DNA from: an uncultured delta proteobacterium
GTDB taxonomy: Bacteria; Desulfobacterota; Syntrophia; Syntrophales; UBA2185
Assembly: GCA_963705275.1 (NCBI GenBank)
Contig: OY970063.1
Coordinates: forward strand, 1,026,515-1,090,514
Reading direction: 5' to 3'
Length of the DNA stretch: 64,000 nucleotides
A model generated the notes under the pieces. The model was not told the origin of the DNA and made no database searches. It worked only from the letters and a program-made list of their open reading frames with translations. Positions 49,678-60,137 of the stretch are shown piece after piece. Every line of letters starts with the position of its first letter. The first letter of the stretch is position 1. The translations under genes were made by a program, and so were the position numbers.

Positions 49678-52303
49678 ATTTCTTCTCCTTTCCGGCAATG
49701 GTAAAGTAAAATGTTGCTCCCCCGTCCACTTTGCCTTCAGCCCAAACCCGGCCGCCATGGCGATGAATAATACGCTGGACAATAGCAAGCCCGACACCAG
49801 TCCCTTCAAACTCGTCCGGACGATGCAACCGCTCGAAGACACCGAAGAGCTTGTCAGAATATCTCATGTCGAAGCCGGCCCCGTTATCCTTCACGTAATA
49901 AGTTATCTCGCTTCCCTCGTTGCGACTGCCTATTTGAATCACAGCCGGTTTTCTGTCTCTCGTAAACTTGACGGCATTGGAAAGCAGATTGACAACGACC
50001 TGTCTGATGAGAGATGCATCGGCGAAGACGGGTATCATATTGACGATTGTGAAGTCAAGCTCCCGGTTCGGGTTTAGTTCCTTGATCTCTCCCCATACAT
50101 CGCGTGCCACTGCTTCCATATTGACCCTCGACATATGCATTTCCTTGCGGCTCAATCTCGAAAACGAAAGGAGGTCATCGATCAACTGTCCCATCTGCTG
50201 CGCGTTTCTGCTTATAGCATGCAGCTTTCTTACGCCTTCTTCTTCAAGCTTATCTTCGAAGTCACGGATGAGCCTCAAAGAAAAGCCGTCGATCGCCCTG
50301 AGAGGCGCCCTGAGGTCGTGGGAGACCGAGTAGCTGAAGCCCTCCAGTTCCTTGTTCGCCGCTTCCAGCTGAACCGTCCTCTCCTTGAGTTCCATCTCTG
50401 CCGCCCTGCGCTCGGTGATGTCCAGTCCGTATATCCGGATGCGCTCAGCTTGTCTTACATAATTTATCGATTGCAGGTACCATCTCCCGGAAACGGTCAC
50501 TTCCCGCACGCTGCATTCCGTTTCTGACTCACGGCAGGCGCTCACTAGCGCCTCCCAGTCGGCAAGCCACGGATGCGCAAGCCCGCTCTTTCGGATGCCA
50601 GGGAACAACATCTCAGCGGCTGGGTTTACGAACTGTATATTGCCCGCCATATCAGTCTCCACTATAGGATTCGGGTTCAGCCTGGGGAACGTTGCCAGGC
50701 GCTCCATTTCCGCTTCCGCCTGCTTGCGCTCGGTAATATCCCTCACGAGGCCGACCATAGATACGACTTCACCCATTTCGTTTCGCCTGGGCATTCCCTG
50801 CGCCCATATCCAGCGGACGACCCCGTCAGTCGTTCTTATGCGGCATTCAAAATTCCATTCCGTGCCTGTGGATATCGCCTGCCCGAACTTCTCGTCCACC
50901 TCCTTGCGGTCGGAAGTTAGCACGTGTTCGAGGAACATCTGATATGACCATTCGGGAAGAAGCGTCTTATAGCCGAAGATCTGATCATGGCGGAGCGACC
51001 GCCAGGCCTTTCCTGTTCTCGTGTCGAGTCCCCATATGCCGAGCTCGCCTGCTTCGAGCGCATGCGTGAGGCGCTCTTCACTTTCTTTAAGCTCTGCCGT
51101 TCTTTCCTCAACCCGATCTTCCAATTCATCGTATGATCTCTGCAATGCCTTCTGCGCTGCTCTGAGCGCCGTTACGTCCCGGGCTGCCGCGAATACGCCC
51201 TGTACTTCTCCCTTATCGTCCTTAAAGGTTGCGGCATTGTAGAGAACCTCTGTTATCTCGCCTGACGCATGGCGGATGGCGAGGGGATAGTCTTTAACAA
51301 AACCCTGTGAGAAGACCTTGCTGTAGCCCTCCCGAGCCTTGCCGGGTTCTGTAAAGTAATCGGAAAAATCACTGCCGATGAGCTTCTCGCGGGAGACGCC
51401 GGTGACATCCTCCGCAGCCTTGTTTACGTCCATCACCTTGCCTTCGGCGCTGATCGTAACCAGGGGGTCCAGGCTCACTTCGATGAGGCTCCGTGTATAA
51501 AGGCCGGCGATACGGAGCGCTTCCCGGGCCTTTTCCTTTTCCTCTATACCCGCCCGCAGACTTGCATTGGCATCCTTCAGTCTGCCGGCCATTTCATTGA
51601 AGGAAAGGGACAAGGACGCAATCTCATCCCGGCCTCTTACGGGCACCCTGTATTCGAGGTCGCCCCGGGCAATTATCTCCGTTCCGTTCTTGAGGGTCTT
51701 GATGGATGCCGTTATATTCCCACTCAAAAAGTATGATATGGCGCCTGCGATCACTATCATGATGAGGAGCGTAACCGTGATAAACCAGATAGACCATGTC
51801 AGCGTTTTTTGAATGGAGGCGTCGCTCTCACGGGAGAGAGAGTATGCATCACCGGCCATGATCTGGGACCTGGCCATGAGCTGCGTCACGTTCCTCTCGT
51901 TGTTTTCATCTAGAAGGGCCCGCATGGAGGCGGAGGCGTGTTTCTTTCTCTCGTCGTTCTCGACGAGCTTCCCAAAGAACAGGACCGTATCCTCGTGGTT
52001 CTTCATGATCCTCGTGAGGATAATGCCCTCTTTTTCACCGGCGAATCTTGCGCCTCTGATGAGGTCCTCAAGCGAGGCATGCTTCATTTCCCATTGCTGA
52101 CGGGCGCGTTTGCCGGGTTTCATCAGGTAGTCGTAGGTGATAGTGTTCATATCGGAGACACCTATGACGAGCTGGTCGGCGAGCGCCCCCGTCGCCACGG
52201 AGTCTGCCACTTTATCTCTCGCGATATTGAGGACAAGCCCTGTAATTACCAGGGAACAGACGAGAAGGAGGACATTGATCAGGAGTTTGGTTCTTATGGA
52301 CAT
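49670..52303 (-). CDS. Membrane sensor histidine kinase (periplasmic helical domain, HAMP, 3 PAS, HisKA/HATPase)
   Basis: 2 TM, DEIASL..SFNEM, PAS/PAC repeats, [32 protein letters not shown]. Confidence 0.95.
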   Translation of the reverse strand: MSIRTKLLINVLLLVCSLVITGLVLNIARDKVADSVATGALADQLVIGVSDMNTITYDYLMKPGKRARQQWEMKHASLEDLIRGARFAGEKEGIILTRIMKNHEDTVLFFGKLVENDERKKHASASMRALLDENNERNVTQLMARSQIMAGDAYSLSRESDASIQKTLTWSIWFITVTLLIMIVIAGAISYFLSGNITASIKTLKNGTEIIARGDLEYRVPVRGRDEIASLSLSFNEMAGRLKDANASLRAGIEEKEKAREALRIAGLYTRSLIEVSLDPLVTISAEGKVMDVNKAAEDVTGVSREKLIGSDFSDYFTEPGKAREGYSKVFSQGFVKDYPLAIRHASGEITEVLYNAATFKDDKGEVQGVFAAARDVTALRAAQKALQRSYDELEDRVEERTAELKESEERLTHALEAGELGIWGLDTRTGKAWRSLRHDQIFGYKTLLPEWSYQMFLEHVLTSDRKEVDEKFGQAISTGTEWNFECRIRTTDGVVRWIWAQGMPRRNEMGEVVSMVGLVRDITERKQAEAEMERLATFPRLNPNPIVETDMAGNIQFVNPAAEMLFPGIRKSGLAHPWLADWEALVSACRESETECSVREVTVSGRWYLQSINYVRQAERIRIYGLDITERRAAEMELKERTVQLEAANKELEGFSYSVSHDLRAPLRAIDGFSLRLIRDFEDKLEEEGVRKLHAISRNAQQMGQLIDDLLSFSRLSRKEMHMSRVNMEAVARDVWGEIKELNPNRELDFTIVNMIPVFADASLIRQVVVNLLSNAVKFTRDRKPAVIQIGSRNEGSEITYYVKDNGAGFDMRYSDKLFGVFERLHRPDEFEGTGVGLAIVQRIIHRHGGRVWAEGKVDGGATFYFTIAGKEKKFG

Positions 52304-52310
52304 GATGACC

Positions 52311-53324
52311 TCAATGGATGATTCTCACTGCCTCCGGTTTTATCCTCTCGAGACTTTCCCAATGGATGAACCGAAGGTAATTGGGCATCTCCTTTGCCCC
52401 GGTGAGTCTGCGGCGCATGGCCCACTTTGCCTCGTCCTCCATCAGGATAACGAGGTCCTGGTCGAGCCTTACCCGGAGGTCACACCGCCTCCATACTGAC
52501 TGTAATAAAGCAGGATCGTAGCCCAACCGCGCTGCAATCAAGTTCTGGGCGTCCGTTGCGTGCTCCGACCAATACTTTTCCGCCTCCAAGAGGGCTTCGA
52601 GCATGCGTTTGACCGCACGCGGACGTTCTTTGATGAACTCCTCTTTGGCCACCAGCATTAACTGATAATTCTGGCCGCTTTGTCCAGGCCAGGTCACTGC
52701 ATTGGGACCAAGGCTGTCTCTGATTTTTCCGGCATATGGCTCCCATGTAATGGCGGCCTCCACAGCGCCGGAGGAGATAGCCTCCGGCATTTCGTAAGGC
52801 TTCAGGTCCACGAGCTTGACACTTCCAATAGCAATGCCATGCAGGGAGAGGAACGTCTCCAGGAAGAAATCTCCCACGGTGTTGCGCGTGAATCCGATCC
52901 TCCTGCCTTTTAAATGGGCGGGTTCAGTAATCCCGCGATCTTTCCTCGCGCTGATTTCCACAGTGTCACCACGGAAGATAGATGCAAGTATCCTGAGATC
53001 GTCCCGCTGGAAACTCTTGGTTACGAATACGAAGGCCGATACCGCTGTTACATCGACCCTGTTCTTCAGAAGATCGTCCGTCGCCTTTGGTCCATCCGGG
53101 AAATCTATGATCGTCACATCAAGTCCGTGCTCTTTGAACATGCCCCTGGCATCTGCAATGTACGCAAGAGATGAGCTTTCTATGACCACTAGACCCAGGG
53201 TGATCTTTTCGACGGCGCCGGTAAATTTTGCCCCGGTCCCTTTCTGGCAGTGCAGGCAGAAAAGGGCAATCGCCGAAAGGGCGATTAAGATGACGGCTCT
53301 TTTTGTCTGTCTTGATTTGAGCAT
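52311..53324 (-). CDS. SsuA/NMT1-type substrate-binding protein, copy 1 (intact)
   Basis: N-terminal signal with Cys, YIA..GMFKEHGLDV, LKGRRIG, TWEPY, MEDEAKW, PNYLRFI. Confidence 0.88.
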   Translation of the reverse strand: MLKSRQTKRAVILIALSAIALFCLHCQKGTGAKFTGAVEKITLGLVVIESSSLAYIADARGMFKEHGLDVTIIDFPDGPKATDDLLKNRVDVTAVSAFVFVTKSFQRDDLRILASIFRGDTVEISARKDRGITEPAHLKGRRIGFTRNTVGDFFLETFLSLHGIAIGSVKLVDLKPYEMPEAISSGAVEAAITWEPYAGKIRDSLGPNAVTWPGQSGQNYQLMLVAKEEFIKERPRAVKRMLEALLEAEKYWSEHATDAQNLIAARLGYDPALLQSVWRRCDLRVRLDQDLVILMEDEAKWAMRRRLTGAKEMPNYLRFIHWESLERIKPEAVRIIH

Positions 53325-53472
53325 GTCACGTACCGGCTGCTTATAAAGAATTATTATCCCGTTGCCCTCTTGCAGATCAATCCTCTGAGCGTCAAAGTAT
53401 AGGGATACGGTTTCTGCACGTCAAGCAGCAATATGTTCCATGTTCCGGGGAAAAAATCTCTCCCCGCTTTTT

Positions 53473-54482
53473 CTAATGAATCAATCCGATGGTGTCCGGC
53501 CTTATCTTTTCCAGGGGCCGCCAATCGATATACCTGATGTAGTTCGGTATGTCCGGGCGATCTCCCTTCTGCTTCAGAAGCCATTTTGCCTCGTCCTCCA
53601 TCAGGGTCACGAGGTCCTGATCGAGTCTCACCCGGAAATCAACCCGTTTCCATAATGACTGTAATGAGGCGGGATCGTAGCCCCGCCGCGAGGCGACCAG
53701 GTTCTGTGCATCCGCAGTGCGCTCCGTACAATATTTTTCCGCCTCCAACAGGGCCTTGAGGAGGCGTTCAACTGCAAGCGGTCGTTCTTTGATGAATTCC
53801 TCTTTGGCCATCAGCACGAATTGATAGCGCTGGCCGCTTTGCCCCGGCCAGATCAAAGCATTGGCACCAAGGCTGTCTCTGATCTTTTTAGCATAAGGCT
53901 CCCAGGCAATAACGGCGTCCACGGAGCCGGAGGAAATAGCATCCGTGATCTCAGAAGGCCGGAGGTCCACGAGCCTGGCACCTCCTGAGGCGATGCCATG
54001 CAGGGAAAGGAACGTCGCCATGAAGAAATCCAGAACTGTACCTTTCGTCAGTCCGATCCGCCTGCCTCTTAAGTGGCGGGTTTAGTGATCCCGCGGTCTT
54101 TCCTCGCAATCACTTCAAATGTGTCTCCACGGAAGATAGACCCGAATATCCTGAGATCATTCACGTGGAGACTCCTGGTGACGAATATGAAGTCCGCCAC
54201 CACTGCCACATCGACCCTGTTTTTCAGAAGGTCGTCTGAAGCCTTTACCCCATCGGGGAAATCTATGATCGTCACATCGAGTCCATGCTCTTTGAACATG
54301 CCTTTGGCGTCGGCGATGTACACAAGGGACGAGCTTTCTATAGCAACCACACCCAGGGTGATCTTTTCGACGGGCCCGGCATATTTCCCTCCGCTCCCCT
54401 TCTGGCAGCAGATGAAAAAAAGGGCCGTCGCGGAAAATACGATTAAGATCAATGCTGCTTTTATTTTTCTGGATTCAGGCAT
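53473..54482 (-). CDS. SsuA/NMT1-type substrate-binding protein, copy 2 (1-nt deletion near 54075)
   Basis: Close paralog of copy 1; adding one C (KPAHLRGRRIG) joins the 137-aa and 182-aa ORFs. Confidence 0.85.
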
Positions 54483-54496
54483 GTCTTGTCCCGCTG

Positions 54497-54827
54497 CTAA
54501 TGAATTATTCCGACGGCGTCCGGCTTAATCTTTTCCAGGGGCCGCCAATCGAGATACTTCGAGGTAATTGGGTATATCGCGGCGTTCTCCCTTCAGCTGC
54601 AGAAGCCATTTCGTCTCGTCCTCCATCAGCCTGAGTAGGTGCTGGTCCATGCGCACCTCGTAAGCCTGCTGCGGCCATATTGAGGAGAGGAGCGACTTGG
54701 TAGTCATAGGTAGCCCTAATCCTAATTTCTCCGGAGCGGGACGTTGCAGATAGGGCCGCAAAAAAAACAGCGCCACCAGGCAAAGGGCGATGCCCGTTGA
54801 AAGAATAATCCAGGTTATTTTCTTCAT
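54497..54827 (-). pseudogene. Substrate-binding protein copy 3, internally deleted and frameshifted
   Basis: N-terminal TM...PEKLGLG fused directly to C-terminal SIW..YEVRMDQ.LL.LMEDETKW...PNYL, with ...PDAVGIIH* in the next frame. Confidence 0.75.
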
Positions 54828-54973
54828 CTTTCATATTCTCCGGACAAGCTGTATGGACAGGCTGATTTGGAGGAAGACCGCGAAAAGTTACAGGTGGCGG
54901 TATCATATTTTTTCTGTTCGCGTCAAGCCCGATCTCACGCGATGCATTGCGAAATGTCAAGGCAGGAAGCGTC

Positions 54974-55630
54974 CTATTTTCCAGCGGGCTGATGCATCTT
55001 TTTCAATATCGATATTACCTCTCGATCCTCCATATCCGGGAAGCTCCGGTAGAAGGAGGCGACGGCAAAGGAGTAGCCCCTGTCGACATGTAAGCATACG
55101 ATGGAATCAACCTCATGGCTCACCAGATCGTACGCATCGTTATGGGCGACAGGAACTGCGCATATTATTTTCAGGGCGTGGTTGTCCCTCGCGAAGCTGA
55201 TGGCGGCAAGCATGGTGAAGCCTGTGGCAAGTCCGTCATCAGCGATGACAACAGTGCGTCCGCCGAGGTCGGGAAACGGCTTTGACCCGCGGTACAGCCT
55301 GTCCCTTCTCAGCACCTCTTCGTACACTTCATCCACAATGGCGTCTATCTCATCCTTTCTTACATATCTCGCATCGACAAGCCTCTTGTTCAGCATGACC
55401 TTCTTACCGAGAGTGACGGCGCCGAAGCCCATCTGATCGTTCTGCGGTATGGGGAGCTTGCGAAGCGTTATCGGCTCCAAAGGACAATTCAACTTGACAG
55501 CAATGGGATAGCCTACGGAGATCCCGCCTCTCGGTATGCCGAGGACGATGGGATTCTTATCGTCCTTTCCGAGATGAATTTTTTCCGCAAGTTTGGCCCC
55601 CGCGTCAAGTCTGTTCTTAAAGAGAATCAT
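54974..55630 (-). CDS. Phosphoribosyltransferase family protein (Rv0571c/Rv2030c N-domain-like)
   Basis: FKNRLDAG..LA, LGIPRGG, RKL, ADDGLATGFT, AVPVA. Confidence 0.88.
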   Translation of the reverse strand: MILFKNRLDAGAKLAEKIHLGKDDKNPIVLGIPRGGISVGYPIAVKLNCPLEPITLRKLPIPQNDQMGFGAVTLGKKVMLNKRLVDARYVRKDEIDAIVDEVYEEVLRRDRLYRGSKPFPDLGGRTVVIADDGLATGFTMLAAISFARDNHALKIICAVPVAHNDAYDLVSHEVDSIVCLHVDRGYSFAVASFYRSFPDMEDREVISILKKMHQPAGK

Positions 55631-55669
55631 GGCATATACTCCTGATGTTCCCAACCAAACGCATTCAAT

Positions 55670-56899
55670 TCACTCGAAGATTCTTACCCTCCCGTATTCG
55701 CCGTCAAATCCGGGCTTGATCGCGACGTCACCCCTGCGCATGCGCGAGACGGCCTCCGTGAAGCGGGGCGAGCCGGCGCGCTCCAAATCTTCCAGAGGTA
55801 TCGTTGTGAGGATGCTCAATTCATTGCCCAGTTCCTGCAGCAATCTAGTATATTCACGATCAACCATACTGCTCTTCGCGCCCGCATTTATAGTTTCGGC
55901 GATAATCTCCCGGAGGGGCATTACAGAATAGAAAGGCGGCCGGCCTTTCGGCCTGATGCCCATTTTCCTGTCCGCAAGCTCTTCTATTCTATGCATAACG
56001 CCCATGGTCAATTTCCTGCCGCACACGGGGCACAAATACTTATGCCGGATCGTTTCGTCCGGGCTCATGCTTACAGCGCACGAACGGTGGCCGTCGTAAT
56101 AGTATTTCCCCTCCTGCGGAAAGAATTCGATCGTGCCTACTAAACCTCTTTTCGATTTTATGGCATCGATAATCGCCGCATACGAGACTTCGCAATCGAA
56201 TATGTTTGCCTCACGGCCGATGGTATTGGGGGAATGCGCATCGGAATTGGATAATAAGGTTATCTTTGCAAGAAATGAAATCCGCCAATTCATGGCCGGG
56301 TCCGAGGAAAGTCCTGTTTCAATCGCATGAATATGCGGCGTCGATTCTTCAAAGCATTCCTCAAGGGAGGAAAATCCCGATACTGCGCCTAACACCGAGA
56401 AATGCGGCGTCCATGCATGTGCAGGAACGAGCATGGCCTCTGCACATGAATCCAGCACTATTTTCAAGAGACCCTTTGCATCCAGTTTCAAGACGGGTCT
56501 CCCATCCGAGGCGAGTCTCCCTATTTTTGCAAGCGCCCTGCTTAATTTCGCGGCATCGGAGAAGTCACGGACAAATACGATGGAGTGGACCTTCCTGGTC
56601 CTCCCTTCCTTTTTGTAGACGCAGCTTATCTCCGCTGACGGCAGGAAGAATACGGGGGCTTTGCAGGAATCCGGGATTTCATGAGATTGAAACTTTTTTT
56701 TCAGGGAGTACAACCCATTTCCCGCAAGTTCAAGTTTCTTTCTTAAGTCGCTGAGCCATGCAGGATGAGTGAAATCCCCCGTGCCAATCACCGTGATTCC
56801 TTTCAGCTGCGCCCATTTCCAGATAATCTCGGGGGAAAGGTCTTTGCTTGTTGCTATGGAGTATCTTGAATGGATGTGAAGGTCTGCAGTGAAACGCAT
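55670..56899 (-). CDS. Endonuclease Q family (PHP domain + zinc ribbon)
   Basis: DLHIHSRYS, GTGDFTHP, PAHAWTP, IETGLSSD, SNSDAHS, GKYYYDGHRSC, CPVCG, PGFDGEYG. Confidence 0.88.
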   Translation of the reverse strand: MRFTADLHIHSRYSIATSKDLSPEIIWKWAQLKGITVIGTGDFTHPAWLSDLRKKLELAGNGLYSLKKKFQSHEIPDSCKAPVFFLPSAEISCVYKKEGRTRKVHSIVFVRDFSDAAKLSRALAKIGRLASDGRPVLKLDAKGLLKIVLDSCAEAMLVPAHAWTPHFSVLGAVSGFSSLEECFEESTPHIHAIETGLSSDPAMNWRISFLAKITLLSNSDAHSPNTIGREANIFDCEVSYAAIIDAIKSKRGLVGTIEFFPQEGKYYYDGHRSCAVSMSPDETIRHKYLCPVCGRKLTMGVMHRIEELADRKMGIRPKGRPPFYSVMPLREIIAETINAGAKSSMVDREYTRLLQELGNELSILTTIPLEDLERAGSPRFTEAVSRMRRGDVAIKPGFDGEYGRVRIFE

Positions 56900-56905
56900 G
56901 AGTGC

Positions 56906-57562
56906 CTATTTCTTCGTACCCATGTGTTTGAGAAACCATGCCGCAGCGAGTCTGGCCACTTCATCGAGGGCGCCCGGCTCTTCAAAGAGATGGGTCGCTC
57001 CCGGTATGACGACTATATCTTTCTTACACTTGAGATTTTCAAAGGCCTCCCTGTTCATGGCAATGACAGGCCTGTCATTGCCTCCGACGATAAGCAAGGT
57101 CGGCGCCTTGACTTTGTCAAGATAATTCATGGCAAGGTCAGGACGTCCTCCCCTTGACACTATGGCGGCAACGCCCTTCGGCTCCTTAGCTGCGGCCTCA
57201 AGAGCGGCTGCCGCGCCCGTGCTTGCTCCGAAGTAGCCGAGCTTTAGTCCTTGAGTCCCACGCTCATTTTGCAGCCATATGACCCCCGCGAGGAGCCTAT
57301 CGGCAAGGAGACCGATATCGAATACTTTTCTCCGATCGAGTTCTTCAGATTCATCAAGCAGATCAAAAAGAAGCGTCGCCAGACCGGCCTCCTGCAATAC
57401 GCGGGCAACGAATGCATTGCGCGGGCTGAGACGCCCGCTCCCGCTTCCATGTGCGAAGGCGACTACACCGGCCGGCTTAGGGGGAAGACCGAAAATCCCC
57501 GCCAGTTTCATATTGCCTGCCGGGATGAGAACTTCCTTTTCACGAGTCTTGGTCACGACCAC
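56906..57562 (-). CDS. Alpha/beta hydrolase of the PRT-associated type
   Basis: FAHGSGS.R.SPRN, GYFGASTGAAAA, VSRGGRPDLA, PGATHLFEEPG. Confidence 0.88.
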   Translation of the reverse strand: MVVTKTREKEVLIPAGNMKLAGIFGLPPKPAGVVAFAHGSGSGRLSPRNAFVARVLQEAGLATLLFDLLDESEELDRRKVFDIGLLADRLLAGVIWLQNERGTQGLKLGYFGASTGAAAALEAAAKEPKGVAAIVSRGGRPDLAMNYLDKVKAPTLLIVGGNDRPVIAMNREAFENLKCKKDIVVIPGATHLFEEPGALDEVARLAAAWFLKHMGTKK

Positions 57563-57633
57563 AATTATTCTCGCCTTTCCATGCAGGTCTCAACTGAATC
57601 CGCATAATTGGGTCCCGCTCTTTATCCCGTAGT

Positions 57634-57870
57634 TTACTTAAAAAGACACTTCTCGCCTTTTTCGTTGATGAAATACGTCTTTGACCCGTCATAGAAGATC
57701 ACGGATATCTGCCTGTGCTGCCCGTGTTTCCTCAGCAACTTATGAAATTGCTTCTTTTCCTGCTCCGACTGCCATTGCACCGGACCGTATATTCCCCGCG
57801 ACTCTACAGGCAAATGAATGATGGCCTGACAGAAAAGAGCGACAATAAAAAATATCAATACAAATCTCAT
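57634..57870 (-). CDS. Small exported hypothetical protein
   Basis: GGAGG RBS and signal-like N-terminus. Confidence 0.5.
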   Translation of the reverse strand: MRFVLIFFIVALFCQAIIHLPVESRGIYGPVQWQSEQEKKQFHKLLRKHGQHRQISVIFYDGSKTYFINEKGEKCLFK

Positions 57871-57971
57871 GGCTGGTCCTCCGCAAAGAGAGCGCCGCAC
57901 TTCGCAATCCCCAAACCGGCCGCATCAATCAAAGGCCTCCGGTTCAGAACAGAATCTCCGGGAGATGTGTC

Positions 57972-58004
57972 TGGCGGAGGGTGAAGAGGCAACACCCTCC
58001 GCCA
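57972..58004. other. Perfect 12-bp inverted repeat
   Basis: TGGCGGAGGGTG-N9-CACCCTCCGCCA. Confidence 0.8.
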
Positions 58005-58113
58005 CAGGAGAGAAGAACAACACGAGTTGGCGCTAGAGGATTGTTCTTTCCGCGTTCACCTCAATATGACCGGCCTCCTGTGCCCGCGGTTAATAAAATA
58101 AAACATCTTAAGA

Positions 58114-58374
58114 TCAGCACTTATAAGCATAAAAGTGGTTATAGCAGAATGACTCCGGATCACTTTGCTTTAATTCCGCTTCCGACAGACACTGCCCTAT
58201 CATCCTCTTTGAAACTTCTTCATAGTCAGGCCGCTTTTCCTCAGTCTTCTTGCATGTCATACATATGGCTTCATGATCGTAGCTCGAAAGAATCCTTTGA
58301 TCCTTCTGCTTGAGCGACCTATGGCACCTTGAACATTCCGCTGCACAAAATAATTTTTCTTTCCAGTCCTTCAT
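58114..58374 (-). CDS. Small Cys-rich putative zinc-binding protein
   Basis: CSRC...RILS.Y....ICMTCK..E..RPDY; no signal peptide. Confidence 0.65.
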   Translation of the reverse strand: MKDWKEKLFCAAECSRCHRSLKQKDQRILSSYDHEAICMTCKKTEEKRPDYEEVSKRMIGQCLSEAELKQSDPESFCYNHFYAYKC

Positions 58375-58381
58375 TTTCTCA

Positions 58382-58804
58382 TCAGCTCCTTTCGATATCC
58401 GTGTGCGGCCTTAATTTGAAATCAAGAATTTTCTCAATTTGGACGGTCACTTTTCTTTGAATTTGAGGGACAGCATCTTTCTTTCTCAAGTCAGACGCGT
58501 AGCCGTTTAAATATGCCACGTCCTCTTCTTTTTTCGTCTTGCCTATTAACTGATAACCCTTGTCCTTCTTGGCATCCCAGATGGCGATTGCCAGATGGTT
58601 GTTTTCCCCCATCAGGTTTTCCATGGTTCCCGGACAGAACCACTCAGTAAGAACGACGTTATTTTTTGAGTCAAGGGAAAGCCCCTTCGAAGCCGCTATG
58701 TGCGGTATGCCATCCCCGTTTACCGATGCCAGAAAGACGTGCTTCGTCTTTTCCGCAAGGAGAGCCGCATCCCTCAATAATTCTGTTTTTGTTTCCTGCT
58801 TCAT
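58382..58804 (-). CDS. Pyridoxamine 5'-phosphate oxidase-like (FMN split-barrel) protein
   Basis: FLASVNGDGIPHIA, WFCPGT.ENL, GYQLIG. Confidence 0.8.
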   Translation of the reverse strand: MKQETKTELLRDAALLAEKTKHVFLASVNGDGIPHIAASKGLSLDSKNNVVLTEWFCPGTMENLMGENNHLAIAIWDAKKDKGYQLIGKTKKEEDVAYLNGYASDLRKKDAVPQIQRKVTVQIEKILDFKLRPHTDIERS

Positions 58805-59475
58805 TTTCTCTCTTCAATCAAGACCTGTAATACTTCCTCATCTTCCGTCTGATCAAATTTCTGATAGAATTGCCCGACGGCGGAAAAGAATTCCGGTACC
58901 TTCAGGCAGAGCACATAATCGGCGTCGTTTGCCAGTCTTCTCAGGCTGTCTTCAGGTCCTACCGGCAGGGCAACCATTAACGTCCGGGGCTTTTCCTCCC
59001 TGATGGACCATACCGTCGCCTCCATGGTGGCGCCGGTGGCTATGCCGTCATCAACTATAATCACGTATCTCCCCTTCAGATTTATTTTGGGAAAGTCCTT
59101 TCGAAAATACGAAACGCGCTCTGCAATCACTCTCTGCTGCTTTCCCTTTTCCTGTTCAATGTACTGAGACCGTACACCGATCTGGGATGCTATCTTTTCG
59201 TTTATGAATAATTCGCCGTTTTCGCTTATTGCACCTATGGCCAATTCCGGATTGAAGGGAGAGCCAAGTTTTCGGGAAAGTACGATATCCAGATCGCCCT
59301 TCAATATGCGCACGACCTCGCGGGCAACAATTATCCCTCCTCGCAAGATAGCCACCACGGCCGGCTTTTCTTTTTCAACGCCAAGTTTTTTCAGTTCATT
59401 GCCCAGGAGGACGCCCGCCTCTTTTCTATCGGAGAACGGATGGCTGCTTGTTGATATGATGTGTAGCTTGCCCAT
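58801..59475 (-). CDS. Phosphoribosyltransferase family protein (second paralog)
   Basis: FSDRKEAG, ILRGG, RKLGSP.NPELAIGA, VDDGIATGAT, AVGQFY..F.Q..DEEV. Confidence 0.9.
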   Translation of the reverse strand: MGKLHIISTSSHPFSDRKEAGVLLGNELKKLGVEKEKPAVVAILRGGIIVAREVVRILKGDLDIVLSRKLGSPFNPELAIGAISENGELFINEKIASQIGVRSQYIEQEKGKQQRVIAERVSYFRKDFPKINLKGRYVIIVDDGIATGATMEATVWSIREEKPRTLMVALPVGPEDSLRRLANDADYVLCLKVPEFFSAVGQFYQKFDQTEDEEVLQVLIEERK

Positions 59476-59567
59476 CAAATCCGATGCCCTTTATCTACCC
59501 TGACGCATTTTAACTGTTGCCGGTCTATTGGCCATATTAGGATGGCAGGATAAGATGCCTAGAATCA

Positions 59568-59750
59568 TCAGACGTTAAGGCAGTCTTCCTTCCACAGACA
59601 ATCCTCTGCGCATGAATCCTTCGTATGGAAACACGGCGAATAGCCCTCAATCATCTGATAGTCGCGGATCATGTCCTCTCTCTTGCGGCCCACCTCGATA
59701 CCAACGCCCTTTTTCTTTACTATCTCGCGGACTTTCTTGATATTCATCAT
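59568..59750 (-). CDS. Small SAP/Rho-N-like protein with Cys-rich tail
   Basis: IR..Q..EGYSPCF....C...CLWK.DC; AAGGAGG RBS. Confidence 0.65.
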   Translation of the reverse strand: MMNIKKVREIVKKKGVGIEVGRKREDMIRDYQMIEGYSPCFHTKDSCAEDCLWKEDCLNV

Positions 59751-60137
59751 GATCCTCCTTCGCAATCCCGCATCAATTGTCAAATATTATGATGCGGACA
59801 ACCTGACTCGGTTCTCTCGGGCCGGTATATCCATGCCCGGATTGAGCGAACGAGTATTTTGTTTTTGTAGACTACTGTGCTGAACAACGGAAGGCAATGA
59901 GGATAAAATAGAAGAACAATGGTAGGCATAAGCTACCTATCGATAAGAATGGTGATATGACCTGATATTAAATGGTTTGCGGCCTGTTATTTTGCAAATA
60001 TCATCTTCAATAAAATAAGGAGAATGCCTATGAGCCCGCTGAGAATCCCTGCAACAAACCCCAGCAGTATATATGAAACAGCGTTCCTGACACACGCCTC
60101 CGGTCATCCGTGACTGTTTCCCTTACCGAGGTCTACG

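Noticed and set aside
58114-58374. c-type cytochrome from CSRCH
   Set aside because: No signal peptide, and a second CxxC makes a zinc site more likely.
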